NCBI GenBank assembly: GCA_964057225.1
Contig: OZ059897.1
Span: 16,368,001 to 16,432,000 of the forward strand
Reading direction: 5' to 3'
Length of the DNA: 64,000 nt
Origin: Auanema rhodensis
Lineage: Eukaryota; Animalia; Nematoda
Shown: positions 40,201-52,400 of the stretch, piece after piece
How the letters are laid out: the number at the start of each line of letters is the position of its first letter
Position numbering within the stretch: position 1 is the first letter of the stretch
Translations under genes and position numbers: made by a program
The notes under the pieces: model-generated
What the model was told of the DNA's origin: nothing
The model's input: the letters and a program-made list of their open reading frames with translations, nothing else
The model's database searches: none

Positions 40201-42399
40201 TAATCAATCTCAAGCTGCTAGGAAGAATCAAAAATGGAAACAAAACCAAAGTGAAGCATGGTTGAATGATAGATCTCTAAAAAGGTATTGAATTTGTGTA
40301 ATTTTTTTTATTTTTTAAAAACAAAAGAACAAAAATGAATTCTTTGTTATATAGAGCTGAGCGTGAATACATTGAACCAGAAGAAGAAAGTTTCTGGTTG
40401 GATGTTATCGATAAATATTTATCTCCAATTACTCTTGAAAGCAAGGAACAAGATCGAATTCGTGCTGGATTATTAGAACTTCGTAACAAAGTAGAAATAT
40501 TTATTTTATAAAAAAATTATTTATTTATTATTAAATATAGGTTACATCTGCATTCTTTATGCTCAACATTGTTTTCATCATTGTTGTTCTCGTTCTTCAA
40601 CTTCAGAAAGATTGTCTTCATATTGAATGGCCTATTGGTCCTAAATTCAAACAACTTGTTCGACCTTGTAACGGTGATTCTAAAGAGGTAAAGAAACTTC
40701 AAAATTTCATTTGATTACAAAGAATTTCTATAGGAAATTTGGGTGGTCACTAGGTTACAATTAGAACCACTTGGTCTTGTATTCCTTGTTTTCTTCATGA
40801 GCATTCTAATTATTCAAGTAAGTTGAAAATATAAATAATAATATAATAATATATTAACATAAGTTTTTAAGTTTTTCGCTATGCTTTGTCATCGTTTCGG
40901 AACTTTGGCTCACATCATTGCCTCAACCGAATTGTTCTGTTTCCGTAAACCTATTGATAGATTAAGTGAAGATGAGTTAGTTGTACAGGTAAGATATATG
41001 ATAACTGAAAGTAATCCAACTATTTTACTAGTACATAGTTAACTGTTGAAGTATTATTTTCTTTATTCAATGTTTTATATTTTTCTAGAATGCTGTTGAA
41101 ATAGCTCGTGAACTTCAAGCAATTCGTGGAATAGATGAAAAGGATGATACAGAACCGGTATCTTTTATATTTTTAGTCATTTTTTAAAATAAAATTTCCA
41201 AATATAAATATAATAATAATATGTTATTATATTTAAATGATATCATAAGTATTGATGTATATGCTCATTATACTATGAAGGACTTTTTATATTTCTGAAA
41301 CTAGATGTGTAAAAGAACATCGCTAATACAATTGAAATTGATTTTTATAAAATAATATAATTGTAGGATGAGAGAGGGATATCTCGTCGTCGTGTTGTTC
41401 AGAACTTAGAATCTTCGCGACGCTCAATGATGAAACGAAAAACAGAAACATTGGACGCAGCATTCAAAAAACGGTAAATAAACATTTTCTTAAGGAAATT
41501 GATGTTTCTTAAGTATACAATTACTATTTTTTTTAGGTTCTTCGCTCTTTCTAGTGAAGCTTCACAACAAGAGAGCATAGGTTTTTCTCAACGAGATAAC
41601 ACCAAACGGTTGACTTTACGGAAAGGAACAATCAGAGCTCTTGAACAGCGTCGTGACTCATTATTCGGCACAAATGACAAAAGAGTATGTTTTTCTTGTT
41701 TTTCATAAAAAATTACATAATTATGATATATAAATTCTTTTATTTTTCAATTAACTAAAGTTAAAAACGTTGAGATATGTTAAGCCGCCCAGGATTGACA
41801 TACCTGTTTTCTAAAAAGATGGAGAAAGAGAAAGAAAAAAAGAGAGAGAGAGAGATGTATATAAAGAGAAAAAAAAGAAGAAAAAAAACAAATTTGAGTG
41901 GTTTTTGAGAAAATAAGAAAAAAATGTTCTGAAAATTAAATTGTCATTCTTCAACATGTTATATTTTTTTTTATAGGATAACCCATACATGTCCGATACA
42001 GACGCTATGAATGGAGCTAATAGTACTCGTGGACCCTCACAGCGACGTTTAGAAAGAATATTTAATAATCATTCTGATAATCATTCAACCATTGAAAGTT
42101 CTTCAGCTGCTAGTCGTAGACGGTAAGTATTTGAATGGAAGAAAGAAAACTACCAAAAACAAATTTGTAATAACTATACATATACAAATAGAATATAATA
42201 GTTTTTTATGCTCAATTAAACATCTAATAGTTTATATTTGAAATTGAAAGTAATGGTTTCTCTGAAGTCGACGAGAAACGTTTTTTGTCCTCTTAAATCC
42301 GGATTTTCTCCAGTTGTTTACAAAATTTCAATGTTCTTTTACAGATCAACTGCTCAACAAATCTGGGATGCCCCTTCTGAAGATGGACGTCGTTTTTAA
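33817..42399 (+). CDS. chs-2: Chitin synthase 2 (>30 exons)
   Basis: [25 protein letters not shown] matches the C. elegans CHS-2 N-terminus as recalled. GT2 motifs [47 protein letters not shown] and TWGTRE are present. It ends SEDGRRF*. Confidence 0.96.
34255..34292. repeat. (TA)n microsatellite in a chs-2 intron
   Basis: About 18 TA units. Similar tracts at ~16610-16632, ~18372-18396 and ~63174-63205; poly-T at ~13428-13452; (CA)n at ~20899-20917. Confidence 0.9.
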
Positions 42400-44365
42400 G
42401 CTGACAACATGATCCATCTGTTGAAGATGTGAAGACAAGAAAAAAATCAATTTTTTCTACGTGTTTTCAACAACTTTTTTTTTATTTCACATAAGTTCTT
42501 TTGTTGTTATATAGAAATTTGAAATTTCTAGAATGCTAATGACATTTAAAACGTTTTGACCTCTTACATACTCTTTCTCTATTACTCATTCTTTGAAGAG
42601 AGTGATTTCTTTTTTGAACAAAAAAAGGAAAAAAAAAACATTTAATTTATTTTTATTAATATATTCATATAAATAATATATTTTTATTATTTATTTTATC
42701 CATATTGCAACTCTCAAATCAGCTCATTGAGGTTGAGAATCCAATTCATTGCAAACAGTATTTTGCAGTCTCTCAACGTAGATTTTTATCAATTCATTCT
42801 TTCAGCAGCTCTTTCAGAATCTTGTCTAAAACTATAGTTAATCCTTTTTAATTATTTAATTATTAATAATGTATTTTAATATTAATGAAAAATTATAATT
42901 GTCGATATGCTATAAGCCGGTGTGTCAATAAAGATTACAGATGAAACTTGTATTGAAACTTATATTGTTTTTTGAATAATCTTGTATTATATAAACATTA
43001 TAAATTAAATATAATGTTTTATATTGTTTAAACGTATTGTATACAACCGTTCATAATCTTACGTTATTGAAAAATGAAATATTTTCTGATGAAAATTTCA
43101 AAATTGTTGGACATGTTGACGTTCGAAATCGGTCGTCATGATAGTACAAAAGGTTTTCAAGGTTTCGTTTAGAGTATTCGAACTTTTGAATGGAAAAAAA
43201 AGAAAAATAGGTTTGTCCTCAATAACTTTTTATATTGAATAAAATGTATATAAGTAGATAAAAAGAAATAAAAATATAAATAAAAATATGGGACATTGTA
43301 TAGGTCAGAGAAATATTCAGTTGCTAATCTTACAAACCGAGAGAACCTGAGCAAAGAAATTGAAAGACGTTTCTGACCTTCAGAGATTTACGCGAGAATG
43401 AGGAAGAAGAAATTGATGTGAAGAAAAATATGAAAGAGGTACGTTTAAAGTCGTGAGATGAAAAAACTCTTTGCGATTTTTCCCCTTTTTTGATTTTTCT
43501 AGGGCCATAAGCTGGTTTAAATCAGTCTACATCGTTGTGCAACATCATGATAATCGTCTTCTTGCAATGCCTTTCAATAGTTTTGATTAAAACCAAGACA
43601 GATTGTTAAGAATGACATGTAAGATAGAGAGAAAGAGAATTATAACAAATTTGCAGTAAAATGTTGAAAATGCTTATAAATATAAAAATATTTTGTGTAT
43701 GTGACCTGTGAAAGTTTGATTCATAAAAAACCTTTTTCCTGTTTCTGCCATCATCTGATATTGTTGGTCGTCTGTGACGTCTTCTTAATCCTCTTTGTCC
43801 CGGCCAACTTTTTCAAGACCGTTTCTCCATATGTCATGATATAAAACTTTTTCTTATTTTCCTTTTATTAACAAAGACTTTTCTATTTTACTTTCTTTTA
43901 AAATATTTATCCTTATTGAATTGACAATTTTTTTTTCTTTGACGCCCATAGGAAAAATCTTTTATGAGTTTTTTGAAGACGCGATTGCAGCCAATCTGAA
44001 AGCCAAAAGAGGTGAGAGGTTGAAGAGATAGTGCAATCAACTTGATTTGCCATTTTCTCCATTTCCATGTTTTTATTACAACTTTTCATCTTCTCTCTTC
44101 AACGTCTATTTGTCTGTCATACCGAACTTGGAGTATAGTTTCTCTTCTGTATTTCCTGTGTTCCTTAGTTGTCCTGCCTCCAAAAACATCACGAGGCTCA
44201 GTTACTCATCCTCAAGTAGCTGGTTAAGAAATAATATATTATTCTTGCTTTTTTACTGTATATACAACATAAAATATAATATTGTATAAATATATGTTTT
44301 TCTATTATTTTATTTGAATTCTTAGAGTATTTTTTGAATTTTCGAACATTTACTATTATTTCAGA

Positions 44366-45188
44366 ATGTTAGCTTATTGTTGGTTTCAATGCTTTTCCAT
44401 CAGAACAGTTCTAATTTTTCTAGTTCTAAGCATTTATCAGATGGAATGCTTATTAACAGATAGATTTCTGGAACTGGAACGAAAAAGTTTAAGAATGGTC
44501 GATGAAGCCATGAATAGTGGCGCTTCACCGGACGTAAGAATAACATATATCTAAGCGCTAAAGTATCTTTTTACTAATGCTTCAGACTAAAAACCGATTA
44601 TTAGAAATCGCCAATGATATTGCTTCAATTCGAAAAGAAATTCGACAGAAGGCTAACCCTTTTCTACTTATCAAAGTGACTTATATGCATATTATTAATA
44701 TACTAATTGTCCTTTTTTCATGAAAAAAAGGAGCTTACAATATAAAAATTATGTCATTTAAATGGTAATTTTCAAGCTTTCAGGCCGAACGATTTGCTCA
44801 ACAATTGAAACAACGAACTGTAATCAACAGTTCTAATACATTATCTAATAATTTGCAGAATGTTCAAAACAATAATAATAATAATAACAACTTTATAAAT
44901 AATGCCGTACATTCAGCATCTATTCCTATAAATACCCCAACTAGTAATAATCTATCCTCTACAAATCGAGTGAAACCTGAGAGGAAGGTAAGTTAACGCA
45001 TAGTTTATCTGAAAACGTTTATATAATTTTTCTAACATAAACAGATGAAAACACTTGCTGTGAAAGGTTCGGGAAAAGATCAGAATCAGAGAATGGATCA
45101 AATGCTTACAACTTTATTATCTCCTGTTTTCCTGCCATTCGTCGTGCTAAGCCCAGTTGTATCAATCCCTAATGAATTTGTTCACTAA
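44366..45188 (+). CDS. Small putatively secreted helical protein with Asn-rich linker (4 exons)
   Basis: TTTCAG acceptor before the ATG and a hydrophobic N-terminus (RTVLIFLVLSIYQMEC). Phase-0 exons: ...MNSGASPD|TKNRLLEIANDIASIRKEIRQK..|AERFAQQLKQR...NNNNNNN...PERK|MKTLAVKG...LLSPVFLPFVVLSPVVSIPNEFVH*. Confidence 0.65.
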
Positions 45189-45654
45189 TACTTCTTTCAT
45201 TTTTTTTGTATTTTACATATACATATCTACAAAGTTGTGCTTATATTTGTTTTTTTTTCTCTTTAATTTCAATATACGTATAGTATATACGTATATACAT
45301 ACATATAATACATATACATATGTTTTAATTGTATTCTTTTTCATATTCTTTTGAAATCAAAAGAATATTTTAATATTTCTAATAGAACAAGGAAATGATG
45401 TTCCCATGGCATTTTTTGTCATTTTATTTTTTTTTATTTCACAAGTTATAGTTTTGAATTATTTAAAAGCAAATACAAATAAACATATGATGTATACTCG
45501 CCATTATAATAGTTTTTAAGGCAGGATTTCAAATAATTGAATTCTCAAGTTTTTTTTAAATTGAAATAAATAAAAATTATATTATAATAACATTTATTAT
45601 ATACAAGATAATAACATATAATCATATTATTTAGATATACAATCTAATGATTTC

Positions 45655-47069
45655 ATGAAAAATAAATATTTTATTTCAAGTCTAGTTCTTGGGGTTATTC
45701 TATCAACATGCTTCATCCGAATGCTTTTAACAGAGTACGTTTAAACTTTATTTGTCTTTTAATTAAAAACAATTTTTTAGTTGGAATGACACGTATTATT
45801 CTCCAAATGAAATGATTTTAACAGTTAATGGCTTAACCTCATTATCATATATTGAAAAGGAAATATATAATAAATATAATTATGAAATTATCAATAAAAC
45901 TGTACCGTTTACAACTTTAAAATATCAAATTAATTCTTGTAGTCAAGTAAGAAAATAGTTATTTTTCAAGAAACAAATTTAATTTTTAAGATTTTACGAA
46001 TGATTGAAACAGGACACAAATCCAACTTTTCAAAATATGTTTCAGATGAATTCTTATTTTTTGGTCATATTGCTAAATTTGAAGTAGTTGTTTTCTTTGA
46101 TACTGTCACTTTATAAAAACAAATACAATAATTTAGACAAATTCAACATATGTGGAGAAATTAGATGATATTTGGGAAATGTCCACATGGTTAAAACAAT
46201 CCAGAAAATCATTACCATATGATATAAGTTAGATTATATTTAATATAAATTATATTCTATTTTTATTAATTTTTAGTGAATTTAAAAAAATCATTAATAC
46301 ATTATAAAAAAGTTTTCAAACATAAGACAGGTATAGTTATGTCAAATAACAATCCATGGATTGAAGTCTTACTTCTACAATTTGGAGCAAAACATGTGAG
46401 TGAATGACTTTTTTCAAAACTATATTACGATTATATAACTAATCTCACAGATTACATCAATTCGTTATAATTCAATTATTGCTTTAAATGCTGATAATTT
46501 GAATTTGACAGTTATGAAAGCAGATGATTTTTCTCGACAATTGGCTAGAAGTCAGATACAAGAGCTTGAACAATTTGATTTTATCGTAGCTTTTAATTTT
46601 ATTGAAAAACTAGGGCTAAATTTGTAAGTAAAGTTCATATTTCTAAATACTGAATTTAAATAATTTCTAGAATAGGAGATACTTTGAATGCTTTAGCTGA
46701 TTTACAAGAAATTCAGAAAATTAGATGTATTCTTAAGCCTGGAGGTTAATTTTCAGAATATATTTCGTAATCAAACAATCGCTGTAGGTTTATTATTTGT
46801 TCAATTACCAATTGGAAGAGATTCCATACTTTGGAATTCGCACCGTGTATATGGAAGAATACGCCTATCAATGCTATTTGCTGGTTTTGATTATGTTACA
46901 ACATTCAATCAGAATAAGCCAGCTCCAATTACAGATTTGTAAGTTTTCCCACACTTTCTATTAAATATAACCTATAGTTATAATAATTAAAAATTATTCC
47001 AGAATACATGATTTAACGGTATTATCACAAAATGGAACTAGAAGACTTCATGTTTTACGTAAAACTTAA
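45655..47069 (+). CDS. DUF268-family (nematode SAM-dependent methyltransferase-like) protein with N-terminal membrane anchor
   Basis: GIVMSNNNPWIEVLLLQFGAKHITSIRYN, FDFIVAFNFIEKLGL, DLQEIQKIRCILKPGGLLFVQLPIGRDSILWNSHRVYGRIRLSMLFAGF follow the DUF268 pattern as recalled. N-terminal anchor MKNKYFISSLVLGVILSTCFI. Confidence 0.8.
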
Positions 47070-47705
47070 AAAAGGCTATTTAGATTGATTGATTGATTGA
47101 TGTATTCATGTGGTATGAGAAGTACAAATATCTTTTCGTTTTTTTCTTTTTAAATACATAGTAATGTTCTTTCATACTTTTTATTATATTGGTTTCAAAT
47201 AGAATTTTTTTTAAAAATCTTAGTTTAGAACAAAGATACATACATATACATAGTATTGAAGACATCACAAATACAAAAACAATATATATTTTCAATTCAA
47301 TATGAATTAAATTATTTTTTTTTATAAAATAAAATATTAAAGCCATATACATACATATACAGATAATGTTCATAAGTATTTTTTTTGTTTAAATAAAAAT
47401 ATATAAATCAAAAATATAATTAATACTTATTTTTTTCTTTAACAAACCTATTGAATAAGATAAATTTCTGATTATAAATACTCTTAACTATATGAAAAAT
47501 AGTTCAATATAACAGTAGCGTTTAACAATAAAAATACTTATGAATGAGTCTATATCTATATTATTCTTTCAAAAATATTTTAAAATGACATTAAAATTTT
47601 AAAAAAGGTAAGCTATTAATACATCATATTATTAAGCTTACTGATATCATTTTGAGTGATAAAATTTATATTTTTTAAAAGAAGAATTATGGTGATTTTA
47701 GCTAT

Positions 47706-49425
47706 TTAACCCCCAAAACTCATTAATCCTGCAATTATTGCAAATCCGATAAATGTTGATACCCATTGAACAATATTATTATGCTTGTTGGCATGTTCAG
47801 GTGCCAAAATCTAAAATAAAATTTGAAATAATGAAAAAGAAAAATAATAAAAAATATAAAAATACCTCAAAAAATGTTACATAGATAAATGTTCCTAATG
47901 ATAAACTGATTAATATACATGTAATAATATCTTTAGGAGTTGTACTTATATTAGAAGCCTGAAATTAAATTATAGAAAAAAATATTTTCTTTTGATATTC
48001 ACCTCGATAATCATTCCAATACCTCCACCTAAAGGAGCAGCACAAGCTAAAACAATTACAAGCACTACGATGAACCAAGGCTTATCGGGGTGCTGTTCAG
48101 CAATCCTTGTTCCTATAAAATAGCAATAAATTTGTTTTTTTTTCTAGCAGTGTTCATTCATTAAGCTATGAAATTGATGCTTACCTACAGAAAACATAAC
48201 TAAAGCTTTATGTACACAGATTCCAAAAAATAAAGAAGAGATCGAAACTACAGTATCCTATAAAATATCTTTTATTATAAATATAATAATCATAATATAA
48301 ATATATGTATGTTTAATATGAATATTTAAAAAAATATAAAAGTCTTATAAATATTTATATATTCTCAACTATTTCTATATTCTTTACTATAGCTTTAGCA
48401 TCTAATGGAAGATGAATGAAAAAATATTGTTAATTCATGAATATTCTTAGTATCATCTTTATGCTTCAATATGCTTTTAGGTAAAACTGATGATAACTTA
48501 TAAAGTTTGAATTGAAAAATAGTTACTAACCTGAACTCCAAAAGCAAATCCTTCTAATGTAACATGAACTAATAATGCTGCAACAAATGTTATTGAACCA
48601 ACATAATTATTTTGTTTATTCTTAGGAACATCCTAAAACCATATTTCTATTAAAATTTTTATTTTTTATTTTTTTGCACCTGTCCTAAAGCTAAAATATG
48701 TCTGCTGCTTGATGAAAGATATGTAGCAGCACGTATTCTCATTATGTCTTTTTCATCTTCATCATCATCTTCTTGTCCACTAAATATTAAAATTTAATAC
48801 GAAAAAGCTGTCAAAACTATAAAAAAGATAGCAAGAGATCTAAGTCATTATCTAAAATTAATTGATAAACGATAGAAACATCAATTTGACGCGTTCTGCT
48901 AAGCAAAGAGCAGATCAAATGATGTTATTTCTAATAAAATTATCAATTAAATTTCCAAATAATCAAATGGTATTTTGACTTACTGTGAATGGCCACATAT
49001 TTTTCCAGACAATTCTTCAATTATGTAAACAAAAAAGAATCCAATACAGAAAATTAAAGGAACAAAAGGATAATCACTTTTGAAGCCAGTATCCTGAACC
49101 ACAGCATCCCATGATTCACTAAATAGTATCAGAATTAATAAAATAAAAAATAATTCTTATAACATACAATGCATCTGGTAACATATCTAAAAAACAAACT
49201 CCAAGGAAGATACCTCCAGCAAATGATGAAAGCATAGAAAGAATAAATGATGCTCGATCACTTAAATCAGAAGAACCATCTTTTCTTAGTTTCTTCAGAA
49301 GCTATATAAGAATTAAAATATTATATTTATTAATAAAATATTACCCAAATAGGTAGAAGACCAAATACTACAGTTTCCAAAAAGAATAAAGCTAAGAATA
49401 TGATTTTAAGTATTTGGGTATTCAT
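47706..49425 (-). CDS. ZIP/SLC39 subfamily II metal transporter (zipt family)
   Basis: SSFAGGIFLGVCFLDMLPDA, YPFVPLIFCIGFFFVYIIEE, metal-site helices HVTLEGFAFG and HKALVMFSVG, and GTFIYVTFFEILAPE. It ends MSFGG*. Confidence 0.93.
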
Positions 49426-51476
49426 ACTTCAAATGTCCTTTGATCTAAAACAAAATAATAATGAAAAAGATATGATTTATAAATTTTTTGAATCAGTTTA
49501 TATACGTTACGTATGGCAAATATAAAAAAATAATATAATTACTCATTCATAAATAAATAGTTTACAATGATTAGATATTCAAACAAAATAAATTATTTTC
49601 ATCTAACAATAACTAAAAAAAAATAAAAAAAGAGAGTAGTAATTCGAATAGTTAGAACTGCACTTAAACTTTATTTGTTTGCGCTTTCTAGATGGAAAAA
49701 AACAAAATAAAATTGAAAACATATAAATAATATGCTGATAGGAAATGAGACTTCGCGTTAATAGACCGAAACATGAGATTGCAGATTGGTATTAATAAAA
49801 ACTTGCTGGTATTACCTATCGGTAATCATAGTCTATTCAATTATGTATGAGTACTGATATTGAAAATGAATAGATTAACAGTTTAAAGTTAAAATATTAT
49901 TATTTTTTCATATATATATCATGTTTTGTCTAGAGAAATAAACAGTAATCAAGGAAATATAATGAGATTGTTGAAGGTGATGAGAGTTGAACGTGCACCT
50001 GGTTATGTCACTAATGCTTAAACCTATCTCTAGGTCTACTATGGAATCTGAGATGCCGAAGACTTAATAAGCAGTTTTCATCGATAACAGTTTATATCTT
50101 GTCTTTTTATACGATAGCACAATGGACCTTTCTATCTATTCCATTAACATGTCTCCCACTTTTCTCTTGCAATCTCTTACTTTACCTTTATCTTTTTTCT
50201 CGTTATTTTTAAATTTGAAATTACATATGTCTTACTTCATTCTTATCTGATCGAATGCATGATAAATTAAGCGAAAAAAAGTTTTTTATGTAACTGATCT
50301 TGATATAATGAGCAACATCTTAAACTTATAATCTTATTGAATTATGACCACCCAATCAAGCTCGCCTTATATTATATAATTCTCATGAGAAATTATGTTT
50401 TTCAATTTTCTCTGTGTTAACAACGGATTATGAGTAGAATACTTTTTGAACATATTTGAATATTTAAAATATAAAATGTTTAATATAACCAATTACTACA
50501 GCTATGATTACAAGCCATTTTTCAACGACCTACACTTGGCTTTCTTTTATTGCTTGCGGAAATAAATGGCAATGTTATCAGGTTTTATGTGATAAATGTC
50601 TTTGAATGAAAGAAGCTATTCTAAAATCAATTATATATGTATTCAATTAAAATTTATTCTTTTTTCTTTATTTTTACATATTTTGCAAATTTTTTATTTA
50701 TATTAATGAAGATATTTTTATTATTTTTATATATCTTTGAATATAAAAATTATTTTAATGATAAATAAATGATTTTTTTTATTTATCAAACTATTTTTAC
50801 TACTTAAGCAATTTGTTATAATATCCTTTTATGGAACACTTGTTACGAACCATCAAATAATCATTTGCAGATTTAGTCAGATGACGAAATTGGTCAAAGC
50901 CTAAGTTGATAAGCTTTAAAAGTATTTTGCAAGACTTCTGACTTTAATTATTTTATTTTATGTATTTTCAATGACTGATGCAATTCCTAAATCAAGAACG
51001 AAGTCTGGATTACAATCTTTTTTTTAAAATGCTGATTATTACTGGTTTTCTCTATATTAAAGTTTACAATCGAACTTAAATGTTGTTGAGAATAATTTTA
51101 AAAAATACAAATTTTTAAATTTTTCCTTATTATTTTAAAAATATAATTATTTAAAAACATTTCTTCCTTGAATATAATCAGTTAGAATAAAAGCTTTTTA
51201 TATAAAACTATACAAATGTTATATGTAAGCACATAGGAATGTTTGTGAAATTTTTAAATTAAATTAAAAATAGAAATTTAATTTATAAAATTAATAAGCA
51301 AGTTCTAAAATAAAGAAATTCGAAATCTTATTAGATCGTATCAAATCAGAGGCAAATCTTTGGCAGTAAACTTATAACCGGGCACCATAGCATTAAGAGA
51401 AAACATGAAAACGTTTGTTTGTTTTTGAATGAAAAAATAACAACAAATAACAAACATATGAACTAGGAAAATCAAA

Positions 51477-52400
51477 TTAAAAATTATAAATAAAATAAAA
51501 TGGTAAGAATAAAATTATAAATGAAAGAACTTGGTTAGATGAAATATTACATAATCGTTGTTCACAAAAACACGATGAATTTTCAGACGAATCGCATGTT
51601 GTTGTAGTTTTATTTATTGAATAACCATTTTGAAACAATTTATCCAAACATCCTCTTATAACTAGTGTAATATCTACAAAATAATTAATATATATTTATA
51701 AGAATAATGTTATAACCTTTGGTACGAATCCTTGTCATGACACAACTATCTCCAAATTCACATTCCTGAGTTGGAACAGTTGGAAAATCGTATAACTTTG
51801 AATCATGACAAAATTTACTTGATGGTGGTATAATATATCTAAAATTATATTAATTAATAAAATAAATATTACACATTACTAGATAACATTACGAAAAGCT
51901 GATTTGTTTCATATTTCATTATTACGAATACTTTCAAAATTAATTAATTTGTTAAAAATAATTTATTTTACATATTATATTATAAATATAATATATAATA
52001 TATTCTTTTTTATTAAGTTATATACTTATAACAATTATTCCAGAAAAGCTAATGTAGATATTTAACTAATAATATTTAAAATTATATTCAATCTTAGTTA
52101 AATAACCGATAAAATTGAAGCCTATGCTAAAGAATTACGCTACATGCTTAATATATATGTATAGTTAGTTAAAGCCTCAAACAATTGTCAAAGAAATTGA
52201 TTGATAAAATAGTTATAATATTAAATATTATATTTATTTTCTTACCTAGAAAACATATAAACTTTGAAAGCATTTATCTCCTCGATGTCTAAATGATCCA
52301 AAGGAACTTGAGATATGCAATGCCAGCAAAGAAGCTTCTCCGACCATGTTATTCCGAAGCATAATTCAAATAATAGAATTATTTGAATCAAAACATCCAT
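51477..52400 (-). CDS. Ly6/uPAR three-finger protein, GPI-anchored (quiver/sleepless- or ODR-2/HOT-like; 3 coding exons)
   Basis: Signal peptide MDVLIQIILLFELCFGITWS, then a 10-Cys pattern LLCWHC...FC...EC...SC...IRGC...TC...SCFCEQRLCN, then a hydrophobic tail VLSFIILFLPFYFIYNF*. Splice phases are consistent. Confidence 0.85.
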
